A stretch of 64,000 bases of DNA. Origin: Oscillospiraceae bacterium. Lineage in GTDB: Bacteria > Bacillota > Clostridia > Oscillospirales > Oscillospiraceae. Below the pieces are notes generated by a model, which was given only the letters and a program-made list of their open reading frames with translations, made no database searches and was not told the DNA's origin. The position numbers and the translations under genes are program-made. The stretch covers positions 20,418 through 84,417 of the forward strand of contig JAFPFL010000007.1 in assembly GCA_017425545.1 (NCBI GenBank). The letters run 5' to 3'. Positions 1 to 9,251 of the stretch are shown here, piece by piece. How positions within the stretch are numbered: the stretch's first letter is position 1; every line of letters starts with the position of its first letter.

Positions 1-1125
1 AAGGTCGTCAATGAAGAGCTGACGCGGCTGATGGGCAGCGAAAACCAGAAAATCACGATGGCCTCCAACGGCCCGACGATCGTCATGCTCGTCGGCCTGC
101 AGGGCGCGGGCAAGACGACGAACGGCGCCAAGCTCGCGGGCTGGTTCAAGAAGGCGCAGGGCAAGCGTCCGCTGCTGGTCGCCTGCGACGTCTACCGTCC
201 CGCCGCCATCAAGCAGCTCGAGGTCGTCGGCGGCCAGCTCGACATCCCCGTCTTCCAGATGGGGCAGGAGGATCCGGTCAAGATCGCCAAATCCGCCATG
301 CGCTATGCCGAGCAGCACGGCCACGACATGGTCTTCATCGACACGGCCGGCCGTCTGCACGTGGATGAAAAGCTGATGACCGAGCTCCAGTCGATCAAGG
401 CTGAGGTCAAGCCGTCCGAGATCCTCCTGGTCGTGGACGCGATGACCGGTCAGGACGCGGTCAACGCCGCGCAGAGCTTCAACGAGTGGCTCGACATCGA
501 CGGCGTCATGCTGACCAAGCTCGACGGCGACGCCCGCGGCGGCGCGGCCCTTTCGGTCAAGGCCGTCACCGGCAAACCGATCAAGTTCATCGGCGTCGGC
601 GAGAAGCTCGACCAGATCGAGCCCTTCCACCCGAGCCGCATGGCCGGCCGCATCCTCGGCATGGGCGACGTGCTGAGCCTGATCGAGAAGGCCGAGCAGG
701 CCATCGACCAGAAGAAGGCGGCGGAGCTGGAGAGCCGTCTGCGCCAGAACAAGTTCACGCTCAACGACTTCTACGATCAGCTCACGCAGATCAGGAAGAT
801 GGGCAATCTCCAGGACCTGCTCGGCATGGTTCCGGGCATGGGCCAGCTCAAGGACATTCAGGTCGACGAAAAGGCGATGAACCGCGTCGAGGCGATCATC
901 CAGTCGATGACCCCCTACGAGCGTGAAAACCCGAACGTCCTGGGTTCGAGCCGCAAGCGCCGCATCTCGGCGGGCAGCGGCACCAAGGTCGAAGACGTCA
1001 ACCGGCTGCTCAAGCAGTTCGATTCGATGCAGAAGATGATCAAGCAGTTCACCGGCCCCGGCGCTTCGAAGAAGATGAAGAAGCTCCAGCGGCGGGGCGG
1101 GTTCCCGGGCATTCCCGGACTATAA
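1..1125 (+). CDS. ffh: Signal recognition particle protein Ffh (5' end cut by window edge)
   Basis: Reading frame is open from nt 1. SRP GTPase motifs [20 protein letters not shown]. Met-rich M-domain. Sits upstream of the conserved rpsP-KH-rimM-trmD cluster. Confidence 0.95.
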   Translation, partial: KVVNEELTRLMGSENQKITMASNGPTIVMLVGLQGAGKTTNGAKLAGWFKKAQGKRPLLVACDVYRPAAIKQLEVVGGQLDIPVFQMGQEDPVKIAKSAMRYAEQHGHDMVFIDTAGRLHVDEKLMTELQSIKAEVKPSEILLVVDAMTGQDAVNAAQSFNEWLDIDGVMLTKLDGDARGGAALSVKAVTGKPIKFIGVGEKLDQIEPFHPSRMAGRILGMGDVLSLIEKAEQAIDQKKAAELESRLRQNKFTLNDFYDQLTQIRKMGNLQDLLGMVPGMGQLKDIQVDEKAMNRVEAIIQSMTPYERENPNVLGSSRKRRISAGSGTKVEDVNRLLKQFDSMQKMIKQFTGPGASKKMKKLQRRGGFPGIPGL

Positions 1126-1159
1126 CAAAAGATTCATTATTATATGGAGGAAACAAAGC

Positions 1160-1399
1160 ATGGTTAAGATCAGACTCAGAAGAATGGGCGGCAAGAAGGA
1201 CGCCTACTACCGCATCGTGGTTGCGGATTCCCGGATGCCGCGTGACGGCCGCTGCGTGGAAGAAATCGGCTCCTATGATCCCACTGTGAATCCCGCAATG
1301 ATCAAGGTCGACGTCGAGAAGGCTCAGACCTGGATCAAGAACGGCGCACAGCCCACCGACACGGTCCGCGGACTGCTCAAGAAGGCTGGCGTTCTGTAA
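1160..1399 (+). CDS. rpsP: 30S ribosomal protein S16
   Basis: [25 protein letters not shown] is a typical S16 N-terminus. GGAGG lies upstream. Confidence 0.95.
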   Translation: MVKIRLRRMGGKKDAYYRIVVADSRMPRDGRCVEEIGSYDPTVNPAMIKVDVEKAQTWIKNGAQPTDTVRGLLKKAGVL

Positions 1400-1417
1400 G
1401 CCGCGGAGAGCAGTGCT

Positions 1418-1645
1418 ATGAAGGAACTGTTGCTCTACATGGCACAGAATCTCGTCGAGCATCCCGATCACGTTACCGTTGAAGCGTTCGAAGGCGATCC
1501 TCTGGTTCTGGAGCTGCGGGTTGATCCGGAGGACATGGGCAAGGTCATCGGGCGCGGCGGCCGGATTGCCAAGGAGATTCGCGCCATTATGAAGTCTGTG
1601 GCCCAGCGCAAGGGCATCCGCGTCAGCGTGGAGATCATGGACTGA
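1418..1645 (+). CDS. KH-domain RNA-binding protein (YlqC family)
   Basis: GKVIGRGGRIAKEIR matches the KH GXXG motif. Conserved position between rpsP and rimM. Confidence 0.85.
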   Translation: MKELLLYMAQNLVEHPDHVTVEAFEGDPLVLELRVDPEDMGKVIGRGGRIAKEIRAIMKSVAQRKGIRVSVEIMD

Positions 1646-1802
1646 CCCAAACAGGGACCGGCTCGTCCGAGCCGGTCCCTGTTTGGGCTTTCGGTCCGGA
1701 TCTGCCTCCCGACATTTTCCAAAGGCGATTCGGACTCGCGCTCTTGCAAAATCCACAGGAGTATTATATAATGTAGGCATCTCCAACGGGAGGCATACCG
1801 CC

Positions 1803-2303
1803 ATGAAGCGAAAATATCTCGAGGCCGGCAAGATCGTGTCCACCCACGGGGTGCGCGGCATGGTCAAGGTCCTGCCATGGGCGGACGGCCCGGACTTCCT
1901 GACCCTGTTCGATACCTTCTATCTTCCCGGCGAAAAGGCCGTGGCCGTCGAGCGGTCCGCGGTGCAGAACAACTGCGTGCTGCTCAAGCTCGCGGGCGTC
2001 GACACGGTCGAGGACGCGCAGGCCCTGCGCAGCCAGATCCTTTCCATCCGCCGCGACGACGAGCACATTCCCGCCGGGATGATCTTCCAGGCCGACCTGA
2101 TCGGTCTCCCGGTCCGCGCGGCAGGGGAGGAGATCGGCACGCTTCGGGAGATCCTGACGATGCCGTCCGCGGACGTCTGGGTCGTGCGCGGCGAGAAGGA
2201 ATACATGATCCCCTGCGTGCCGGCCTTCGTTCCCCATGTGGATCCGGAGCTCGGCTATCTGGAGGTCCGGCTGATCGAAGGGATGCAGACCGATGCGAAT
2301 TGA
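1803..2303 (+). CDS. rimM: 16S rRNA processing protein RimM
   Basis: Track ORF 1683..2303 trimmed to ATG 1803 (MKRKYLEAGKIVSTHGVRGMVKV), which has GGGAGG about 8 nt upstream. Conserved context. Confidence 0.9.
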   Translation: MKRKYLEAGKIVSTHGVRGMVKVLPWADGPDFLTLFDTFYLPGEKAVAVERSAVQNNCVLLKLAGVDTVEDAQALRSQILSIRRDDEHIPAGMIFQADLIGLPVRAAGEEIGTLREILTMPSADVWVVRGEKEYMIPCVPAFVPHVDPELGYLEVRLIEGMQTDAN

Positions 2304-3078
2304 CATTCTGACCCTCTTTCCGGATACGGTGGGCGACGTCCTCTCCGAGTCCATCCTCGGCAGAGCCCAGGAGCGCGGCTATATCGCGATCCGCACCCAC
2401 CAGATCCGCGACTACACCACCAACAAGCAGAACCAGGTGGGCGACTACCCCTACGGCGGCGGCCGCGGCGCGATTCTGCAGGCCGACCCCCTGTACCGCT
2501 GCTGGCAGCACGTCTGTGATGAGACAGGCATCCGCCCGCATACCATATATATGTCCCCCTGCGGGCAGACCTTCAACCAGGCGCACGCGCGCAGGCTGGC
2601 CGCGGACTATGAGAACCTGATCCTCGTCTGCGGCCACTACGAGGGCGTCGACGAGCGCTTCCTGGAGGAGTGCGTCGACGAGGAGCTCTCGATCGGCGAC
2701 TTTGTCCTGACCGGCGGCGAGATCCCTGCCATGGCGATCACCGACGCGGTCTGCAGGCTTCTGCCGGGCGTCCTCTCCGACGCCGAGTGCTTCACCGAGG
2801 AGAGCCACTGGAACGGCCTGCTTGAATACCCGCAGTACACGCGTCCCGCCCTCTGGCATGGCCGCGAGGTGCCGGAGATCCTGCGCTCCGGCGACCACGG
2901 CAAGGTCGCGCGCTGGCGGCGCAAGCAGTCGATTTTGCGCACGATGCGGCGCCGCCCGGATCTGTTCGCGCAGCTCCGCCTGCCGAACCATTCGCGGGCA
3001 GAAAAACGATTCATTCAGGAAATTGAGGAGGAAGACGATGAGTTCCGAGCTCGATACGCTGAAAACCTGGGTAAGTGA
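2293..3078 (+). CDS. trmD: tRNA (guanine37-N1)-methyltransferase TrmD
   Basis: MRIDILTLFPD..., YEGVDERF and LSIGDFVLTGGE are typical TrmD motifs. Overlaps the rimM stop. Confidence 0.95.
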   Translation: MRIDILTLFPDTVGDVLSESILGRAQERGYIAIRTHQIRDYTTNKQNQVGDYPYGGGRGAILQADPLYRCWQHVCDETGIRPHTIYMSPCGQTFNQAHARRLAADYENLILVCGHYEGVDERFLEECVDEELSIGDFVLTGGEIPAMAITDAVCRLLPGVLSDAECFTEESHWNGLLEYPQYTRPALWHGREVPEILRSGDHGKVARWRRKQSILRTMRRRPDLFAQLRLPNHSRAEKRFIQEIEEEDDEFRARYAENLGK

Positions 3079-3769
3079 GGCGAAGAAGATGGTCTTCTTC
3101 GGCGGTGCCGGCGTCTCCACGGAGAGCGGAATCCCCGACTTCCGCAGCGTCGACGGCCTCTACAACCAGAAGTACAAATACCCGCCCGAGGAGATCATCT
3201 CCGCCCACTTCTTCCGGGAAAACCCCGAGGAGTTCTTCGAGTTCTACAAGGCGAAGATGCTCCCCCTCGGCTTTGAGCCGAACGTCACCCACAAGGTCCT
3301 CGCCCGCTGGGAGCGGGAAGGGAAGCTTGCCGCCGTCGTGACCCAGAACATCGACGGCCTGCACCAGAAGGCCGGCAGCCGGAACGTCTACGAGCTGCAC
3401 GGCTCCGTCCTGCGCAACCGCTGCATGCGCTGCGGCAGGGCGTATTCGGCGGAGTTCGTCAAGCAGTCCAAAGGCGTCCCGCGCTGCACCTGCGGCGGGA
3501 TCGTCAAGCCCGACGTCGTGCTCTACGAGGAGTCCCTGGACTCCGACGTCATGTACCGCGCGGCCAGAGCGATCGCCGACGCGGACGTGCTGATCGTCGG
3601 CGGGACCTCGCTGACCGTCTATCCCGCCGCCGGGATGATCGGCTACTACCGCGGCAGGCGCCTGGTCCTGATCAACCGCGACCGCACGCCCTATGACGGC
3701 GAGGCGAATCTGGTCATCCATGACAGCCTCGGCACGGTCTTTTCCCGGTTTCTGCCCGAAAATGAATAA
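3038..3769 (+). CDS. cobB: NAD-dependent protein deacylase (Sir2/CobB family)
   Basis: Track ORF 2822..3769 trimmed to ATG 3038 (GAGGAGG upstream). Motifs GAGVSTESGIPDFRS and TQNIDGLH, plus a CxxC...CxC zinc site. Confidence 0.9.
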   Translation: MSSELDTLKTWVSEAKKMVFFGGAGVSTESGIPDFRSVDGLYNQKYKYPPEEIISAHFFRENPEEFFEFYKAKMLPLGFEPNVTHKVLARWEREGKLAAVVTQNIDGLHQKAGSRNVYELHGSVLRNRCMRCGRAYSAEFVKQSKGVPRCTCGGIVKPDVVLYEESLDSDVMYRAARAIADADVLIVGGTSLTVYPAAGMIGYYRGRRLVLINRDRTPYDGEANLVIHDSLGTVFSRFLPENE

Positions 3770-3975
3770 GACTGCATGAATATTTGAGTAATCCAACAGC
3801 AGGCCGAGCCTCGAAAGCTGAGTGCACTTTCGGCATATGCAAGATTTTTATGCATACCATCCAATTTTGCAGCCAAAAACATCCATTTTCTCACAGAATT
3901 ATCAAGAAGCTGCCGGAAATCTGCGCGAAGTTTATGGGTTTTTTCGAAAAATAAGAAAAAAGTGTTAATTTTCAA

Positions 3976-4004
3976 TTGCAAAACGAAAAAGAGTATGCTA
4001 TGAT
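3976..4004 (+). promoter_or_regulatory. Candidate sigma-A promoter for the Opp-like operon
   Basis: TTGCAA (3976-3981), 17-nt spacer, TGcTATGAT extended -10 ending at 4004. About 180-nt leader before ATG 4183. Confidence 0.5.
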
Positions 4005-4182
4005 AGGGCAGAAAGGTTGGAGCATGTCCAGCCAGCTTTGGCGACGCGTTCAAAAGCCGTGCCCGCCTCTTCTCCCGGGTCCCCGCCGTGCGAAATCTCC
4101 ATCTTTGCGGGCCGGGGTCAATCCCGTATATTTTCGGCGCCTTCCGCCGATAATATAAAATCTATTTAGGAGGAAAAGATTC

Positions 4183-6387
4183 ATGTTCAATCTCAAGAAG
4201 ATGCTTGCTCTTCTGCTGGTTGTCGCGATGGTTGCCGCCCTGTTCGTTGGCTGCAAGAAGACCGACAATACCGAGACTCAGGCACCTACCACCGCACCCA
4301 CCACTGCTCCGAGTGACAATGAAGAAACGACCCCCGCAACCGACACTCCCACCGAGCCGGTTGACGAAGGCCCCACCGACGGCAACTACGAGCGCCCCGA
4401 CACCTGGGCCCGCGCTGAGGACGAAGACATCTTCAACGCTGTCCTGGCTGACTACGAAGCGATGCTCGATGAAGCCGAAACTCACGAAGACCTGAACGAG
4501 CGCTTTGTTGCGTTCGCAAAGGCTGAAGCTTTCCTGCTCAGCACGGGCGTTATGGCTCCGTACCAGACGCAGGGGGGTGTCTACCGCATTGGCTACATGG
4601 CTTACAGAACCACTCCGTACGCCATGTGGGGCAACGACGATGACCGTATGTTCAGCTATGTTGCTGCCAACGAGCTGATCAAGAAGGAAGACTACGCCGA
4701 GATGAAGGAAATGTGGACCAAGGCTGCTGCTGGCGAAGGCACCTATGATGCCGCCGCTTACCTGACCAGCAAGGGCTACACCCTGAGAGACGAGCTCGAC
4801 ACCACCTTCTCCACCGCTCCTGTCACCATCGACTGGCTGAACACCTCTTCCCAGTCCGACACCGAGATCACTGTCAACTGCGTTGACGGCCTGGTTCAGT
4901 ACGACAACCTCGGCGCCATGCAGCCCGCTCTGGCTGAGTCTTGGGAAGAATCCGACGACCACCTGACCTACACCTTCCACATCCGTCAGGGTGTGAAGTG
5001 GTACACCGCTGAGGGCACCGAGTATGCCGACGTCACTGCGAAGGACTTCGAAGCTGGCTTCCATCACATGCTCGACGCTGCTGCCGGTCTGGAATGGCTG
5101 GTTGACGGCAAGATCGCTGGCGTTACCGAGTACCTGTCCGAAGGCGGCAGCTGGGACGACGTTGGCTACAAGGCTACTGACGACTACACTCTGGTTGTCA
5201 CCCTGGTCAAGCCCCTGCCCTACTTCATGACCATGCTCACCTACTCCTGCTTCCTGCCCATCTGCGATAGCTTCTATCAGAGCCGCGGCGGCGCTTACGG
5301 CATCGACGAGTATGCTGCTGCTTCTCAGGATTCCGGCTACTCCTTCGGTCTGAGCACCGACGTCTCCTCCCAGGTCTACTGCGGTCCGTTCCTGCTGCAG
5401 AAGCTGCAGAAGGACTCCGAGATCCTGGTCGTCAAGAACCCCAACTACTACAAGGCTGATCAGGTCACCCTGAAGGCCATCAAGTGGATCTACGACGACG
5501 GCTCCAACCCCATCGGCCTGTACAACCAGGTTCTCAACGGCAACCTGGTCGGCATCGGCCTGTCCGAAGGCTCCGGCACTCTGGCTGAGGCCAAGAAGGA
5601 CGGCAACTTCGACAAGTATGCCTACGTTACCGACACCACCTCCACCTCCTACTTCGGCGGCCTGAACCTGAACCGCGGCACCTTCGAACTGAAGTCCGGC
5701 GCCTGCAAGTCCCCCCAGACCGAAGAGCAGAAGATCAGCACCCACATCGCTCTGAACAACCAGTCCTTCCGTCTGGCTCTCCAGTACGCTTGGGACCACG
5801 AAGCGATGAACGCTGTCGCCGTTGGTAAGGACCTCGGCGCTGCTTCCCTCCGCAACATGTACACCGCTCCTGAATTCGTCAGACTGACTGCTGACGTCAC
5901 CGACGCTGACGGCCACACCTTCACCGACGGCACCGTCTACGGCGATCTCGTTCAGTACTATGTCACCGAAGTCTACAAGATGCCCATTGATGTTGCTGAC
6001 TCCACCAACGGCTGGTATCGTCCGGATGACGCCAAGGCTATGATGGACAGAGCTGTCATCGAGCTCGGCGATGCTGTTAACTACCCGATCAACATCGACG
6101 TTGTCTACCTGGGCACCTCCGCCAACAACACCAACATGGCCAAGGTTTACAAGCAGTCCCTCGAGGGCGTCCTCGGCGCTGACAAGGTTCAGGTCAACCT
6201 GATCGAAGCCACCACCACCGAAGACTTCTACGCCTGCGGCTATCGTGCTCCTGACGGAATCTCCGGCAACTACGATATGTTCTACGGCTCCGGCTGGGGC
6301 CCCGACTACGGCGATCCGTCCACCTATCTGGACACCTTCCGTGGCCTCGGCGCTGGCTACATGTGCAAGGTCATCGGCCTCTTCTAA
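4183..6387 (+). CDS. ABC transporter substrate-binding lipoprotein, peptide/nickel (family 5) type, unusually long (734 aa)
   Basis: Signal peptide with lipobox LFVGC. Thr/Pro-rich linker. Family-5 SBP-like body. First gene of a 5-gene ABC operon. Confidence 0.85.
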   Translation: MFNLKKMLALLLVVAMVAALFVGCKKTDNTETQAPTTAPTTAPSDNEETTPATDTPTEPVDEGPTDGNYERPDTWARAEDEDIFNAVLADYEAMLDEAETHEDLNERFVAFAKAEAFLLSTGVMAPYQTQGGVYRIGYMAYRTTPYAMWGNDDDRMFSYVAANELIKKEDYAEMKEMWTKAAAGEGTYDAAAYLTSKGYTLRDELDTTFSTAPVTIDWLNTSSQSDTEITVNCVDGLVQYDNLGAMQPALAESWEESDDHLTYTFHIRQGVKWYTAEGTEYADVTAKDFEAGFHHMLDAAAGLEWLVDGKIAGVTEYLSEGGSWDDVGYKATDDYTLVVTLVKPLPYFMTMLTYSCFLPICDSFYQSRGGAYGIDEYAAASQDSGYSFGLSTDVSSQVYCGPFLLQKLQKDSEILVVKNPNYYKADQVTLKAIKWIYDDGSNPIGLYNQVLNGNLVGIGLSEGSGTLAEAKKDGNFDKYAYVTDTTSTSYFGGLNLNRGTFELKSGACKSPQTEEQKISTHIALNNQSFRLALQYAWDHEAMNAVAVGKDLGAASLRNMYTAPEFVRLTADVTDADGHTFTDGTVYGDLVQYYVTEVYKMPIDVADSTNGWYRPDDAKAMMDRAVIELGDAVNYPINIDVVYLGTSANNTNMAKVYKQSLEGVLGADKVQVNLIEATTTEDFYACGYRAPDGISGNYDMFYGSGWGPDYGDPSTYLDTFRGLGAGYMCKVIGLF

Positions 6388-6418
6388 TCACCTGTTAACC
6401 GTGTTCTTCTGAACCGGA

Positions 6419-6454
6419 ACACATATAGGGGGGAATTCTCCCCCCTATATGTGT
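6419..6454 (+). promoter_or_regulatory. Strong intra-operon stem-loop after the SBP gene
   Basis: ACACATATAGGGGGG / CCCCCCTATATGTGT gives a 15-bp stem around an AATTCT loop, 32 nt after the SBP stop. No U-tract follows. Confidence 0.6.
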
Positions 6455-6646
6455 CTTATCAAGCATGCATGCGCCGCCCTTGGCGGCAATTTCGGGTTGC
6501 CTCAGGATGACCTCGCTCCCCGAGTATCAATCGACCCTTCCATCCAAATTACGACCGGTTTTGTACCGGGAAGTCCTCCGGGCGCATGCTCAAAATCTAT
6601 ATGAGAGGGAGACTACGGCGCAGGCCGTGTCCTGACGGATACGATT

Positions 6647-8254
6647 ATGGGAAAATACTTATTTAAGCGAATCCTCTTTTCGATCCTGTCGCTCATCGTG
6701 GTCGTCGGAATCGTCATGATTCTGGTCTACACCGCGATCCACAGGAACGTCGTTCTCCAGACAGATGACCTTTGGAACAAAAAGAAGGAAAACGACAGAA
6801 TCATGTATGAGTACACCAGATACGAGGACTATGGCTATCTGGATCTGTACGACTACGGCAGCTTCCTGAAAACGAAATATTACGCAATTTACGGAGACGA
6901 TTATTCCAACCAGGATGACTATAAGGCGGACATGAACGCCATTAAGAATGCAGACGAAGTCTGGAACAATGCCTCCGTTCAGGAATTTGTTCAGAAGTAT
7001 AAAACCGACAAGAATTACAACATCAAGTACCTTGCTCCTGTCAACTACCAGAATGGTAAGCAGAAGCCGGGCGGCAGAGCCTATCTTTTCGCCGTCGACG
7101 AGAAGAGCGTGTTCTCCCGTCTGCTGAACTACTTCACGCACATTGTTTCCTTTGAGACGACCAATCAGGTCAAGGATCCGAATCTGACGAAGGACCAGAG
7201 ATACGTCCGCTTCGAGAAGGACCCCTATTCCTGGGCCGGCTTTGCGCTGGTCGGCAGCGGTACGCAGCATAAGTACCTGCTGTATTTTGACACCCGCTTC
7301 CCGTTCATTCATCAGAACTGGATGCATCTCCGCCTCGGCACGTCCTACACCACGAACCGCGGCTCCGAGATCATGGACGTCGTGATGACCCCGACCGGCA
7401 ACCTTGTCAAGTCCTACCAGCAGTATCCGAAGTGGATCCAGGAGGGCAGGACCGAGACAGAGTACACCGCGCTGGATTTCCATACCGCGACCTATAATAA
7501 AGCTGAAACACTTACGGCACAGGAACTGGACCGTTATCCTGACCGTTATACGACTGTATCTTATAAAGTTTCCGGACTGACGCCGGTCGGCAACTCCTTC
7601 GTCATGGGAATTATCGCGACGGTGATTGCCTACGTCTTCGGCATCATGCTCGGTATCACGCAGGCAAGACATAAGGACAAGTTCTTTGACCATCTGGGCA
7701 ATGCCTACATCGTCTTTGTGACGGCTGTTCCTTCTCTGGCCTACATCTTCATCGTCGCATCCATCGGTACGAAGTTCTTCCACCTGCCGCTGAAGTTCGC
7801 TTCTGCGGACAATAAGATCCTTGCCTACATTATGCCGATCATCTCCCTCTCCTTGGGTTCCATCGGCGGTGAGATGAAGTGGGTCCGCCGCTATATGATC
7901 GACCAGATGAACTCTGACTACGTCAAGTTTGCCAGAGCGGAAGGCATGTCGGAGCGCGAGATCTACAACAAGCACATCTCGAGAAACGCAATGATCTACA
8001 TCGTTCAGGGCATTCCGGCATCCGTCCTGTTTGCTCTGACCGGCGCACTTCTGACCGAACGCGTGTACGCGGTTCCCGGTGTCGGCGGCAAGATGATCGA
8101 CGCTTTGAACTCGCATGACAACGCGGTCATTGTTGCAATGACGCTGATCTTTACGACAATCTCGATCCTCGGCGAAATCCTGGGCGACCTGCTGCTTGCG
8201 AAGTACGACCCGAGAATTTCGCTGTCCTCGTCGAGTGGCGGAGGTAGAAAGTGA
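6647..8254 (+). CDS. ABC transporter permease (OppB/DppB-like) with enlarged extracytoplasmic loop
   Basis: N-terminal TM helix, then about 285 aa of hydrophilic sequence before the next TM. C-terminal half has the binding-protein-dependent transport signature region. Confidence 0.85.
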   Translation: MGKYLFKRILFSILSLIVVVGIVMILVYTAIHRNVVLQTDDLWNKKKENDRIMYEYTRYEDYGYLDLYDYGSFLKTKYYAIYGDDYSNQDDYKADMNAIKNADEVWNNASVQEFVQKYKTDKNYNIKYLAPVNYQNGKQKPGGRAYLFAVDEKSVFSRLLNYFTHIVSFETTNQVKDPNLTKDQRYVRFEKDPYSWAGFALVGSGTQHKYLLYFDTRFPFIHQNWMHLRLGTSYTTNRGSEIMDVVMTPTGNLVKSYQQYPKWIQEGRTETEYTALDFHTATYNKAETLTAQELDRYPDRYTTVSYKVSGLTPVGNSFVMGIIATVIAYVFGIMLGITQARHKDKFFDHLGNAYIVFVTAVPSLAYIFIVASIGTKFFHLPLKFASADNKILAYIMPIISLSLGSIGGEMKWVRRYMIDQMNSDYVKFARAEGMSEREIYNKHISRNAMIYIVQGIPASVLFALTGALLTERVYAVPGVGGKMIDALNSHDNAVIVAMTLIFTTISILGEILGDLLLAKYDPRISLSSSSGGGRK

Positions 8255-9234
8255 TGAACAACGATCAGAAGAAGAATTACGGCGGCGCAGCTTCCAACGA
8301 GGAGCTCGGCTTCCGCGTCATTGGCAACAACGCGATCCAATCCGAAAAGATCATTGCCCCGCGCTATTCCTACTGGCGTTCTGTCTTCCGTGTTTTCTTC
8401 CGGAAGAAGATCAACTATTTCCTGCTGGCCCTGTTCGTATTGATGATCCTTTCCGCCATTTTTGTGCCGATCATCTGCCCGTTCAAGGCAGATGAGAACG
8501 TCATGCATGCGGAGTACTTCAACAAGAGCCCCGCTTACATGATCAAGCACTTCGGCTTCTCCTTCAAGTGGCTGCTCGGATCCGGCAACGCCGGCCAGTC
8601 CATCACCTACAACATCTTTGCGGGCGCGCGGATCTCTCTGCTGCTCGCAGTTATCTGTGCCGCGATCAACATGACGATCGGCGTCATTCTGGGCGCTGTC
8701 TGGGGCTTCTCCAAGAAGCTCGACATGATCCTGATCCCGATCTACAACATGATCGCAAACGTCCCGATGCTGTTGATCATCACCGTTCTGGTGTACATCC
8801 TCGGCGCCGGCTTCTGGAGCCTTGTCTTTGCAATGTGCATTACGGGCTGGCTCGGAATCGCGTTCTTCTTCCGTACCCAGGTTATGATCATCCGTGACCG
8901 CGAGTACTCCCTGGCTTCCAAGTGCCTCGGCACTCCGGTCCGCCGCATCGTGTCGAAGAACATCCTTCCGTACCTGACCTCCGTTATCGTCACCCTGCTT
9001 GCGACTGAGCTTCCCGGCTATATCAACTACGAAGCTTACCTTTCCTTCTTCGGCCTCGGCCTCGGCGAAAAGGTTCCGAGTCTCGGCCGTATGATCTCCG
9101 TCTCCCAGACCGCGTTCCTCACGTTCCCGTGGGAATTCTGGCCCCCGGTCATCTTCGCTTCTCTGCTGACCATCATCCTCTACCTCGTTGGTCAGAACCT
9201 TGCAGACGCGACTGACCCCAAGACCCATATGTAA
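8251..9234 (+). CDS. ABC transporter permease (OppC/DppC-like)
   Basis: Multi-TM protein. 4-nt overlap with the upstream permease. Typical OppC-like organisation. Confidence 0.85.
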   Translation: MMNNDQKKNYGGAASNEELGFRVIGNNAIQSEKIIAPRYSYWRSVFRVFFRKKINYFLLALFVLMILSAIFVPIICPFKADENVMHAEYFNKSPAYMIKHFGFSFKWLLGSGNAGQSITYNIFAGARISLLLAVICAAINMTIGVILGAVWGFSKKLDMILIPIYNMIANVPMLLIITVLVYILGAGFWSLVFAMCITGWLGIAFFFRTQVMIIRDREYSLASKCLGTPVRRIVSKNILPYLTSVIVTLLATELPGYINYEAYLSFFGLGLGEKVPSLGRMISVSQTAFLTFPWEFWPPVIFASLLTIILYLVGQNLADATDPKTHM

Positions 9235-9251
9235 GGAGGAGGACGACTGAA

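Noticed and set aside
6467-6640. 56-codon ORF in the SBP-permease spacer
   Set aside because: It has no RBS and uses rare codons (AAA TTA CGA), and the region is better explained by RNA secondary structure.
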